The position numbers and the translations under genes are program-made. From the NCBI GenBank assembly GCA_030593295.1, contig JAUVHO010000005.1:9827-73826 (forward strand): DNA of 64,000 bases, read 5' to 3'. This DNA is from Methanomassiliicoccales archaeon (GTDB taxonomy: Archaea; Thermoplasmatota; Thermoplasmata; RBG-16-68-12; SOIM01). Below the pieces are notes generated by a model. It was given only the letters and a program-made list of their open reading frames with translations. It searched no databases and was not told where the DNA came from. This document shows positions 25,932 to 34,844 of the stretch, piece after piece (within the stretch, counting starts at the first letter, position 1; every line of letters begins with the position of its first letter).

Positions 25932-26543
25932 ATGGAGAAACTGGATTTCAAGAAAGAGCTCAAGCACCTGTACAACCCGTCTAAGAAGGAAGTCGTGACG
26001 GTGGACGTCCCGAAAATGAACTTCCTGATAATCGACGGCAAGGGAGATCCGAACACCGCGCAGGAGTATCAAGATGCGATGGAGGCGTTATATTCGATGG
26101 CCTATACGCTCAAGTTCATGCTCAAGGGCGAGGGCAAGGCGGACTTCGTGGTGATGCCTCTGGAGGGACTCTGGTGGGTGCCGGACATGGAATTCTTTGA
26201 CGCGAAGGACAAGGACTCCTGGTTCTGGACATCGATGATAATGCAACCCGAACAAGTGACCAAGAAGGATTTCGAAAGGGCCGCCAAGCAGGCCGGAGAG
26301 AAGAGGGAACTTCCTTCTTTGCCCAAGATCAGATTGGAGAAGTATGACGAGGGATTGTCGGCACAGATCATGTACATCGGTCCATTTGCGGATGAAGGAC
26401 CCACGATAGAGAGAATCCACAAGTACATCGAAGAGAGCGGGCACAAGCTCAGAGGGAAACACCATGAGATTTACCTGAGCGACCCGAGAAGGACCAAGCC
26501 AGAGAAATTGAAGACGGTCATAAGGCAGCCGATGGAACGGTGA
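25932..26543 (+). CDS. GyrI-like small-molecule-binding domain protein
   Basis: MEKLDFKKELKHLYNPSKKEVVTVDVPKMNFLIIDGKGDPNT..YQDAMEALYSMAYTLKFMLK is the typical N-terminus of this family. Confidence 0.65.
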   Translation: MEKLDFKKELKHLYNPSKKEVVTVDVPKMNFLIIDGKGDPNTAQEYQDAMEALYSMAYTLKFMLKGEGKADFVVMPLEGLWWVPDMEFFDAKDKDSWFWTSMIMQPEQVTKKDFERAAKQAGEKRELPSLPKIRLEKYDEGLSAQIMYIGPFADEGPTIERIHKYIEESGHKLRGKHHEIYLSDPRRTKPEKLKTVIRQPMER

Positions 26544-26550
26544 TGATTGG

Positions 26551-27312
26551 ATGGGATTCTTCGACCGCTTCGGGAAGAAGGCTGGGAAAAGGGAAGGAGG
26601 GCATGGCAATCACTGGGCTGCAATCTTTGAAACCGAGGACGAGACGTTTTCTGCGATATCGGACTCTGTCAACAAAAAGGAGCTGATTGATCAAAGAAGA
26701 CAGATTGACGGGGGCATTGTCGTATATGATTCCGTGGGGGGACGTATGAAAATCCTCACGATAACGGTGGACAACCAGATATGGACATCCTATCCCTATC
26801 TTGTCAATGGGATATCTTACGACGTAGAAATCGAAAGCGTTGAGGAATGGTCGAACGGACTGGAAGGGCAGATTCAAGGAGGCCTGGGAGAAGCTGCAAT
26901 ATCTTTCTTCGACACTGGATACCTTGAGGGCAAGAAGACGTATCAAGATGAACAGAGATACAGATTCTCACTGTCGGCCCTGGCATACACCCTAGAAGTG
27001 GTTGAGCATGAAGAAGCGAAGGAGGGCGAAATAGGCATTGCCAAAGGGTTCGCAGGGTTCTTTCCAGCTGGACCTGAAGGCGACATTGGTGATTTCACAT
27101 TCAGTTCAGCGGTCAAAGAAGTGGTTGATTTTGATTTCTGGGGCAAGAAGTTCTTCAGAATAAAAGCCTCCCTCTTCACGATGAGCGAGATTGGTGAGGA
27201 TGGTGAGGTTGATATCTATGTATATGTTCCGCACAGAGCGATTCAGGGCAGTAAGCCCAGGATTGGTGATGATGTTTTCGGAGCAATCTGGATGCAGGGA
27301 CATTTGGAGTGA
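26551..27312 (+). CDS. hypothetical protein
   Basis: 253-aa ORF with protein-like composition. I recognised no family. Confidence 0.4.
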   Translation: MGFFDRFGKKAGKREGGHGNHWAAIFETEDETFSAISDSVNKKELIDQRRQIDGGIVVYDSVGGRMKILTITVDNQIWTSYPYLVNGISYDVEIESVEEWSNGLEGQIQGGLGEAAISFFDTGYLEGKKTYQDEQRYRFSLSALAYTLEVVEHEEAKEGEIGIAKGFAGFFPAGPEGDIGDFTFSSAVKEVVDFDFWGKKFFRIKASLFTMSEIGEDGEVDIYVYVPHRAIQGSKPRIGDDVFGAIWMQGHLE

Positions 27313-27316
27313 GTCA

Positions 27317-27733
27317 GTGGCCAAGAAGTGGAAATGTCAGAAGTGTGGCAGGGAATTCACCAACAAGAACCAGTGGCACTCGTGCGTTTCCATGACAGTA
27401 AATGACCTGCTAGAGGGCAAACCGAAGAGTGTAGAGAAGACGCTGAAGAAGCTCATCAAAGAAGTGAAGGAACTGGGCGATGTCAATGTCGACGTTGTGA
27501 AGACCGGCATCAACCTGGGCGGAAGGTCTCATTTTGGCATGGTCTTCGTGCAGAGAAGTGGCGTCAAGTTGGAGTTCGCGCTGGAACGCAAGATAGATAA
27601 TCCAAGGTTCGCAAAGGTCTGGCCAGAGCCGATGTCTGGCATGTTCGCCCACAGAGTGAGGCTTACAGAAGAAGAAGACGTCGATGAACAATTACTGGAT
27701 TGGCTGAAAGAAGCATATTCGCTGAAAGCCTAA
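27317..27733 (+). CDS. zinc-ribbon plus DUF5655-like protein
   Basis: ORF 27191..27733. The likely start is the GTG at 27317, right after the upstream stop (VAKKWKCQKCGREFTNKNQWHSC...). The C-terminal pattern ends LLDWLKEAY. Confidence 0.5.
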   Translation: MAKKWKCQKCGREFTNKNQWHSCVSMTVNDLLEGKPKSVEKTLKKLIKEVKELGDVNVDVVKTGINLGGRSHFGMVFVQRSGVKLEFALERKIDNPRFAKVWPEPMSGMFAHRVRLTEEEDVDEQLLDWLKEAYSLKA

Positions 27734-27823
27734 CGGGACAGATTCGACGACTTCTGTGGGATGAATATGTTTGCAACGATATACTGAAATATCCAATTTC
27801 CATTATTTCTGGTGGGATGTACG

Positions 27824-28522
27824 ATGACAAACAACGGCACAATCGTTCGGCTCGAGAAAGTCACCAAGGAATACGTGATGGGGGAAACGACCACAAAGGC
27901 ACTTGATGCGGTCGACCTTGAAATTCAGAAGGGAGAGTTCCTGGTAATCCTCGGCCCAAGCGGCTCCGGAAAGACGACGCTTCTTAACATGATAGCTGCA
28001 CTGGACAGCCCTTCCAAGGGGAAGATCTACGTCGACAGGGATGAGATTTCGGCCTTATCCGACAGCCAACGTACGAAGTTCCGCGCCGAGAAGATAGGTC
28101 TCGTTTTCCAGTTCTTCAACCTGTTCCCCGCCCTGACGGCCAGAGAGAACGTGGAGATAGGTCTGGCACTGGCGATGAAGGACCCTGATGAGATGAGGAA
28201 GAGGTCCACCAAATACCTCAAGATGGTCGAGATGGAGAAACACATGGACAAGTATCCTTCCCAATTGAGCGGTGGTGAGCAACAGAGGGTCGCCGTCGCG
28301 AGAGGCTTGGCAAAGGAACCCAGCATACTGGTAGCGGATGAACCAACCGGTAACCTGGACGCGGAAACGGGCAAGAAGGTCTGGGAGATGCTCCTGCGGA
28401 TCAACAAGGAGCTGGGAACAACCATGATCTCGGTGACCCACCAGACCCAGATGTCCAAGGTCGCGGACAGGGGCATATTTCTGAGATCGGGCAAGATCGC
28501 TCAGGTCGTGACCGGGGGCTAG
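27824..28522 (+). CDS. ABC transporter ATP-binding protein (MacB/LolD-type)
   Basis: Walker A (GPSGSGKTT), signature (LSGGEQQRVAVARGL), Walker B (ILVADEPTGNLD). Confidence 0.9.
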   Translation: MTNNGTIVRLEKVTKEYVMGETTTKALDAVDLEIQKGEFLVILGPSGSGKTTLLNMIAALDSPSKGKIYVDRDEISALSDSQRTKFRAEKIGLVFQFFNLFPALTARENVEIGLALAMKDPDEMRKRSTKYLKMVEMEKHMDKYPSQLSGGEQQRVAVARGLAKEPSILVADEPTGNLDAETGKKVWEMLLRINKELGTTMISVTHQTQMSKVADRGIFLRSGKIAQVVTGG

Positions 28523-28524
28523 AT

Positions 28525-30879
28525 ATGGGATATCTGGACCGGAAGATGAGAAGGGACCTGTGGCGAATGAAAGGTAGAGCGATAGCGAGCGTTCTCCTGA
28601 TCACCGTGGGCGCCATGCTGTACGTGTCCTTCATGGCCATGATGCCGAGCGTTCAGACCTTCTTCTATGACTATTATGAGGAGTCGGACTTCACGGATTT
28701 CGAGGTCTACGTGAACCATGCTTTCATGAACGTGACCCAACAGCTCGAGGCCATTCCAGGAGTGGAGGCCGTCGAGCCCAGGCTGGCCTTCCCGGCAAGT
28801 GTGGCGTTGTCCAGCACTGAAGAAGTCACGGGTCAATTATACGGGGTCAACTCGAGCAGGGAGATGTTGGTGAACAGGCTGACTGTCACAAGCGGACGAT
28901 ATCTCGATCCCTCCGATCCGAACGGGGTCCTTTTGGACAAGAACTTCGCTGGCAACAAGGAATACGAAGTGGGTGACCAGATCGACCTCGTCATACAGCA
29001 GCAAACACATACATACACCATCAGGGGTCTGGTCGTGTCACCGGAGTTCCTGTTCTGGGCGATCGACGCCGAAGCGATGATCCCGCTACCCGGGACCCTG
29101 GGAATCGTGTTCATGCCTTTGGAGACGCTGCAACTGGCCCTCCCCGCATACACTGGAGCCGTCAATCAATTCTCATTCCTGCTTACGGAAGATCTTGAAG
29201 AGGACGCGAAAGAGGACATCGTCGAGATCCTGTATCCTCCATTGCTGGTGCTGAACAAGGAGGACATCCCGGTCTACGCACTCATAAAAGAGGATCTCGA
29301 ACAGGGGGGAGGTTCCACGGCAGCAATAGCGCTTGTGTTCCTTCTTGTTGCTTTCTTCGTGGTCTACTCGGCATATGTTAGATTGGTCGCGAGCCAGAGG
29401 AGGGAGATCGGCGTGCTCAGAGGACTTGGATACTCCCGCAGACGGATATTGTTCTCCTACATCTATCTCGCAGCGATCACAGGACTGGTGGGATCCATTC
29501 TAGGTGTCATACTGTCGATACCTCTGGGGTTCTATCTCACTGATTGGTATATTCAAATGGTCTTCGGCCTAACCTCAGATACAGTACATTTTGACGTCAT
29601 GTCAGGGGTTGTAGGTCTTCTCTTCGGACCGATAACAGCAGGTCTGGCTGCGGCCGTTGCCACCGTGAGCATCATCAGGCTTGAAGCTCATGAGGCGATC
29701 AGAGGTGGCACAGTGGACATGAAGCCCGTCAAGAAGACCCTCCTTGAGCGCATCTTCGGCGTCTTCAGAGGCAAGAAGTTGTCCTATGCCACCATCTACA
29801 TGAGCCGGAATCTGTCCAGAAGGAAGGTCAGAAGCGGGCTGATGGTCTTGGCAATAGCTGGGTCGTTCGTCCTTGGGGTCATGGGTCCTGTCATGGTCGA
29901 TGCAATGGTCGTATCGGTCGACCTGGCTCTTGATGACATTGAGAAATGGGACCTGCTTGTGGAGTTCTCTGGAACGGTAAATCGGACACAGGTAGATGGA
30001 ATAGACTCTCTGACCATAGACCACAAAGAACCTGTCTTACGGATAGCTGGGACCGTCGGGGACGAGAACACCCCTGTCAGTTTGATCGGCATTCCATTGG
30101 ACTCTGAGCTCCACAAGTTCAAGCTGGACAAGGGGAGAGTGTTCAACGCTCCGAACGAGACGGTAGTGACCACGCTGATGGCAAAGGAGCTTGGTGCGAG
30201 TGTAGGCGACGCCTACGAGATGGGTGGTTTCACATTTCAGATAACGGGAATTGCGAAGGACTTTCAAGAGGGATTCTTCATTCCAATATCGCAGGCCAGG
30301 ACGATAGCGAATGCGAACACCACAACGGATCAGTATGCCACCGCCTTGTGGGTGCGAGCGACAGACGGGCAGATATCAGAGGCTGAGGACTACTTCCGAA
30401 GCTTGCCCTTCGTCTCTTCGGTGACGGAGAAGACAGAGGTCAGCCAAGGCTTGAAGGAGCTACTGGCGTCTTTCGGGGCCGCCATGTACATTTTCTCCAT
30501 AATCGGCATACTGATGACGGTCCTCGTGGTCACCAACATAGTGATGATCAGCGTGATGGAGAGGTACGTCGAGTACGGTCAGATGAAGGCTATTGGGTAC
30601 AAGCAGAGAACCATCCGGAGGATCGTGCTGTCAGAGGTCCTGATTCTTGCGATTGCTGGAGTTGGGGTGGGGATTCCGCTCTATTGGTTGGTTGGAGAGT
30701 GGTTCGTAGTAATCATGGAGGAATTCTTCTCGTTCTATGAGAACATCATAGTCTGGGAACCAATGGTTGCCATGGCAATAGTGACGATAGTCGTGGCTCT
30801 TCTGGCAGCGTTGCCTGCAGTACGCCATCTTGGCAAGATGGAGGTTGCGACGGTGATATCGGAGAGGCAGTTCGGTTAG
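28525..30879 (+). CDS. ABC transporter permease with two FtsX-like domains
   Basis: 784 aa. The MacB-like N-terminus is RKMRRDLWRMKGRAIASVLLITVGAMLYVS, and there are two 4-TM FtsX modules with GVLRGLGYSRRRI and MKAIGYKQRTI loops. Confidence 0.85.
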   Translation: MGYLDRKMRRDLWRMKGRAIASVLLITVGAMLYVSFMAMMPSVQTFFYDYYEESDFTDFEVYVNHAFMNVTQQLEAIPGVEAVEPRLAFPASVALSSTEEVTGQLYGVNSSREMLVNRLTVTSGRYLDPSDPNGVLLDKNFAGNKEYEVGDQIDLVIQQQTHTYTIRGLVVSPEFLFWAIDAEAMIPLPGTLGIVFMPLETLQLALPAYTGAVNQFSFLLTEDLEEDAKEDIVEILYPPLLVLNKEDIPVYALIKEDLEQGGGSTAAIALVFLLVAFFVVYSAYVRLVASQRREIGVLRGLGYSRRRILFSYIYLAAITGLVGSILGVILSIPLGFYLTDWYIQMVFGLTSDTVHFDVMSGVVGLLFGPITAGLAAAVATVSIIRLEAHEAIRGGTVDMKPVKKTLLERIFGVFRGKKLSYATIYMSRNLSRRKVRSGLMVLAIAGSFVLGVMGPVMVDAMVVSVDLALDDIEKWDLLVEFSGTVNRTQVDGIDSLTIDHKEPVLRIAGTVGDENTPVSLIGIPLDSELHKFKLDKGRVFNAPNETVVTTLMAKELGASVGDAYEMGGFTFQITGIAKDFQEGFFIPISQARTIANANTTTDQYATALWVRATDGQISEAEDYFRSLPFVSSVTEKTEVSQGLKELLASFGAAMYIFSIIGILMTVLVVTNIVMISVMERYVEYGQMKAIGYKQRTIRRIVLSEVLILAIAGVGVGIPLYWLVGEWFVVIMEEFFSFYENIIVWEPMVAMAIVTIVVALLAALPAVRHLGKMEVATVISERQFG

Positions 30880-30966
30880 GTGGGTAGCAAACTGGAATGG
30901 AATCCGTCTGTTCAGTTTCCCAGGAAGCTCTCTAAGATAGACGCATTGCTCCCGAGCGTGTTCACC

Positions 30967-31749
30967 CTAGAGACACTTCGCCTTTTTCCATCTCCGCTCG
31001 AAGGCCTCGGCCAGTGCCTCAAAGATATTTCTGTTTGCTGAATTATCCAAGACAATAGCGAAGGACTCCTTAGCCCCCAAGTCCTTTATGCTATGACCCA
31101 GTACAACAAGACGCTCGGTCGCCAATACATATCTATCGTGTATGTCTCTATATGGATAGTCCCTGAATTCGATTCTTGGGTGTTCTGACTTGAAATCGTC
31201 GAGTTCTCTGAAGAATCTGTCTTTCTTCTTTCCCTTCAGATGATCCACTCTGGTCAAGAACTTGACATTCCAGTCGGTGAAGTCACTCAAGATGTCTAGG
31301 GTCCTTCTTCCACAATATGGATCGACAATTCTCAAATCACTCTTGAGCAAACCAAGAATGTCCTCGGACAGCAGTCTCTTTGTGGTGAATCTCTTCCCTG
31401 GCTCAAAATAGAAGGCCTCGATGGATCCCTTTGTCGTCTTTGACACCAAATGATCTTTACCAGATTTCATGATCTCATAGTGGACGCTTCCCTGTTCTTT
31501 GTGGATGTGAACTCTGACTCCAGATCTACTGAGGGAGTTGGTAACCGATCTGGCATTTATGCTGACCTCCTTCTCCCTGATGAGCGCAGCAATCTGCTTG
31601 GCTGTGAGTCTTCTTACTCCCAACTCTTCTTTTGCAACCCACAGAATCCATAGACTCATGTCCAGGGTATTCTCCATTCCATAGAAATCGGGATATTCTG
31701 CGGTTTCGGCTTTCAAGAGTTCTTGAGACAGATTCGCCTCGTCAGACAT
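30967..31749 (-). CDS. wHTH protein with C-terminal HKD-less PLD-like domain (operon gene C)
   Basis: ORF 30967..31761. The likely start is the ATG at 31749, which overlaps the upstream stop (ATGTCTGA). The N-terminal wHTH is LTAKQIAALIREKEVSINARSVTNSLSRS..VHYEIMKSGKDHL. The C-terminus has RIVDPYCGRRTLDIL, IHDRYVL and VVLGHSIKDLG. Confidence 0.55.
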   Translation of the reverse strand: MSDEANLSQELLKAETAEYPDFYGMENTLDMSLWILWVAKEELGVRRLTAKQIAALIREKEVSINARSVTNSLSRSGVRVHIHKEQGSVHYEIMKSGKDHLVSKTTKGSIEAFYFEPGKRFTTKRLLSEDILGLLKSDLRIVDPYCGRRTLDILSDFTDWNVKFLTRVDHLKGKKKDRFFRELDDFKSEHPRIEFRDYPYRDIHDRYVLATERLVVLGHSIKDLGAKESFAIVLDNSANRNIFEALAEAFERRWKKAKCL

Positions 31750-32254
31750 TCCAAGCCTCACACAACGCTTTGATGATCTCTCGACATTTTGCCTCTCCCA
31801 GAGGGGTTAGCCTATACGTTGTTTTCGGGCTTCTCGGCTTGCCCTTTTTCCGAATGAAAGAGGGTATTATCTCGTTGAGATACGTGCTGAAATTATCTAT
31901 CGGAACTCCGTTCTCACCAACATTCCTCCGTATTTCCTTGGATAGTACCTGGATTTGTCCCAATAGAAACTTGTATCCCACGAGTGTCAATAGAGTAATG
32001 TCCTGGCTCAGTCCCTTGTTATCTTGACCAGAGAATCTGGTGACAGTCAGTTGATTCCCTTCGACATCAAATATCCCCCTGACACACTCCGTGTCGACTC
32101 CCGCCTTTCCTGCTAGTCGCCTGATTCCCGTAATCACGCCGACTTCTTCTGGAAGTTCCGGTCCTCCGGTCCTGACACGTTCTTCCAGTTTCCTTAATCG
32201 TTCCTCATGATCTCTCAGGGTCGTCTTCAGTTCGGCAATCTCACGACTACTCAT
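31742..32254 (-). CDS. coiled-coil plus wHTH-like protein (operon gene B)
   Basis: 170 aa: REIAELKTTLRDHEERLRKLEERV, then SKEIRRNVGENGVPIDNFSTYLNEI..KTTYRLTPLGEAKCREIIKAL. It has 8-nt overlaps with both neighbours. Confidence 0.55.
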   Translation of the reverse strand: MSSREIAELKTTLRDHEERLRKLEERVRTGGPELPEEVGVITGIRRLAGKAGVDTECVRGIFDVEGNQLTVTRFSGQDNKGLSQDITLLTLVGYKFLLGQIQVLSKEIRRNVGENGVPIDNFSTYLNEIIPSFIRKKGKPRSPKTTYRLTPLGEAKCREIIKALCEAWNV

Positions 32255-32738
32255 TTTCTACCCCCAAGTCTTCCAGAAACTCGTCAATTGCATAAGGAGC
32301 AGCTCTGTATGTCCCCCTAGCCACAAACACAATCTTGCGGGCATCCTTCAAATCCTTAAGCCGTGCGGAAATGACTGCATCTTTTTCTCTGAGCATTGTG
32401 ACTAGTTCCTTGCTGTTAACATTTTCATCTATGGTGACTTCCTTACCTAACTTCTTCTGCAGTCGATTCCCTAGAAACCTTGCTATAGTAACAAGCAGAA
32501 TCTTGTCGGCAATTTTGAGCCCCTTCCTTTGGATGATGACGTTTCCATTCGCATCGATTTTGCAGAGGGTTGATATCTTCTCAATCAATGATTTCAGCTC
32601 TTTGCGTTCAATATCTTCTCTTACAATGAATGACTTCTCAAGTTCTTCGAGTTCTTCAGGCATGTGACCAATCCTAGAGTATTTTCCATCTGTGAAGTAT
32701 ATTTGTACTATATCTATGTTGCTATCAATGATGTGCAC
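32247..32738 (-). CDS. acidic coiled-coil plus wHTH-like protein (operon gene A), paralogue of B
   Basis: Starts at the GTG at 32738 or the ATG at 32663 (MPEELEELEKSF). The sequence reads ...LKIADKILLVTIARFLGNRL..SKELVTMLREKDAVISARLKDLKDARKIVFVARGTYRAAPYAIDEFL. Confidence 0.5.
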   Translation of the reverse strand: MHIIDSNIDIVQIYFTDGKYSRIGHMPEELEELEKSFIVREDIERKELKSLIEKISTLCKIDANGNVIIQRKGLKIADKILLVTIARFLGNRLQKKLGKEVTIDENVNSKELVTMLREKDAVISARLKDLKDARKIVFVARGTYRAAPYAIDEFLEDLGVENE

Positions 32739-33075
32739 ATGATAGTAGGTGCACCACTTGGTTCACAACGCATCTACGAAGAAGTTCATACTTCCATACA
32801 TCTTGCAGAAGAGCAGTCAAGTTGCTTTTGGAAGTTCAGTCTGACATCACTCAACCGCAGGCCCACTTTGCCTAGAAGTCGAGTATTCAGATAACGGGTG
32901 GCGTCTCTCGTGTTGGGTTTTGGCGTGATTGAGAGAATCGTCACTCACAATTGCCTCCAACTCTGCTACACTAACAATGATGGGGACCTCACATCTGAAG
33001 ACGCAAAGATGACCCTGCTGGGAGTGGCGCTTTCTGTTAGGAAGCTGAAATGATGAGTGCTCAATCGGAGGGCTG

Positions 33076-33663
33076 GTGCACCAGGAAGACGCAAGAAGAA
33101 TTGAAACTTCTACCCAAACCCTTATAATCCGTGCTTACATGTGGATTGCCACAGAACATCGAGGGGATGCTGTGATTGATCAGCAATACAGAATTAGGAT
33201 TCGAAGAGGCGAAACTGAGATTGATCTCCAAGGAGATAAGGCATTCGTGATAGAACACTTGGAAATCCTGGGTAAAGAGTTACCCAAAGCTTTCGAAGAT
33301 GAGGAAGTCTCAAGGGGGCCAGTTACCCAGAAGCGCCATATGAGAGACAGAGAATTGCAGAAACTATCATTGGCCGAGTTCTACAAGGAGAGAAGGCCGG
33401 AAACCAAGACCCAAGCAGTCGTGACATTCGCTTACTGGCTAACCAAGAGAGAAGGGAAGAATGAATTCAAGGGAACCGACATAATGTCATGCTTTGACGA
33501 AGTCAGGATACCTAAACCAGAAAATGTACATGACATCCTAGGGAAGCTAGCCAGTGGCAGCAAGGCCCACATCACGCCATCGTCTAGCAAGGGTCACTGG
33601 AAACTCACATTGACAGGAGAGGAGTTTGTAGAGAACCAATTGTCAGAGAAAAAGGAAGGGTAG
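33076..33663 (+). CDS. wHTH-like protein divergent from the A-B-C operon (gene D)
   Basis: GTG start at 33076, preceded by GGAGGG at 33067-33072. The C-terminus is AVVTFAYWLTKREGKNEFKGTDIMSCFDEVRIPKPENVHDILGKLASG..GHWKLTLTGEEFVENQL. Confidence 0.5.
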   Translation: MHQEDARRIETSTQTLIIRAYMWIATEHRGDAVIDQQYRIRIRRGETEIDLQGDKAFVIEHLEILGKELPKAFEDEEVSRGPVTQKRHMRDRELQKLSLAEFYKERRPETKTQAVVTFAYWLTKREGKNEFKGTDIMSCFDEVRIPKPENVHDILGKLASGSKAHITPSSSKGHWKLTLTGEEFVENQLSEKKEG

Positions 33664-33670
33664 ACCAGAT

Positions 33671-34405
33671 TCAACGATGTTGGTTCTTCTCAGCAATTGC
33701 GATGTAATCTCCTTTCTCCAAATCTCCTGGAATGATGCTCTTCACTTTCCATCCAGTTTCACTGCAGAGTTCCATCATCTCAACCGGGGAGACGAGAAGG
33801 AAATCCCAAGGCTTCCCCTTCTTGCCCTTGTATTCGAAGACCAAAGTCACCAAACCGGGATCTCTTCCCCTCTCCAGGTTCCACTGGACGTATGATAGGT
33901 GATGTTCGTTGAATCCACCTGGCGTGATGGTCTGGGCAATGATCCTTCCTTTCTTTGACGTGATCCTGTGAAGGTCCCTGAGCATTCGCTTCGTCTTCCT
34001 CTTGGACCCGGCTATGCCGAAGTTGTTACCGAGCATCAGAATTGTGTCAAATAACCCAGGCTTGAATTGTAGCTTAGTCACATCCATTAGTCTGCAGTCC
34101 TTGACCCCCCTATCTCTGGCTACCTCGACAGTCGCTTCTGAGCAGTCTATTCCGGTAACCTTGAATCCCCTTCGTTGAAGATACAAAGCAACACGGCCGG
34201 GGCCGCAACCAACATCCAGGGTTCTGCCTCTAACGTGTTTGAGTGCCCTCTTCTCATAGAGGTCGAAATCTCGGAAGGAGCGGAAGTAAGTCTCAGGACT
34301 GAAGGGATCGACGTAGCCATCGTCTCTGACGATTCTCACGTTCACCTTCTTGCCTTCATGGTAGTCTCTATTCGCTTCTCCAAAGATGTCCATGCTCTCT
34401 CGCAT
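33671..34405 (-). CDS. class I SAM-dependent methyltransferase
   Basis: ORF 33671..34663, with the likely start at the ATG at 34405 (MRESMDIF). Motif I is TLDVGCGPGRVALYL, and FDTILMLGNNFG is also present. Confidence 0.7.
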   Translation of the reverse strand: MRESMDIFGEANRDYHEGKKVNVRIVRDDGYVDPFSPETYFRSFRDFDLYEKRALKHVRGRTLDVGCGPGRVALYLQRRGFKVTGIDCSEATVEVARDRGVKDCRLMDVTKLQFKPGLFDTILMLGNNFGIAGSKRKTKRMLRDLHRITSKKGRIIAQTITPGGFNEHHLSYVQWNLERGRDPGLVTLVFEYKGKKGKPWDFLLVSPVEMMELCSETGWKVKSIIPGDLEKGDYIAIAEKNQHR

Positions 34406-34547
34406 GTTCTGCACCAAACGCAGACTGGCTAAAGACTTTTCCCCTCTCCAGCACGATATTATGTTATCATTCTCAGAAACAGGACCATTTACACCTAAGC
34501 AACATGTAGTAACACCCTTTGATAACCCCCAAATCAATCGATTCTCC

Positions 34548-34787
34548 ATGTCCGGAATAAGCTCGAAAGTGGGGCCCAACGGCCAACTAGTGATACCCGA
34601 AGAGATAATCAACAGTCTAGATTGGATGCCAGGTGCAGATGTCAGTCTCTCGATAGAGGACAACAGACTCGTTGCTCGGAAGTCGATCCCAAAGAGCGTA
34701 CCGTTCTTCTACGCCCTGGCCATGAAGAGCCTCGAGGAGATGAGGCGCAGAAAACACGAAACACAAGAGCGGGCACTGAACTCATAA
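34548..34787 (+). CDS. AbrB/SpoVT-MazE-family DNA-binding protein (solo)
   Basis: ORF 34386..34787, with the likely start at the ATG at 34548. SKVGPNGQLVIPEEIINSLDWMPGADVSLSIEDNRLVARK is a swapped-hairpin AbrB motif. Confidence 0.6.
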   Translation: MSGISSKVGPNGQLVIPEEIINSLDWMPGADVSLSIEDNRLVARKSIPKSVPFFYALAMKSLEEMRRRKHETQERALNS

Positions 34788-34844
34788 TAGCGTTCCAAAC
34801 CTTTTTCTCATACTTTCGAATACGTCAGCTCGGAAAGAGCTTGC

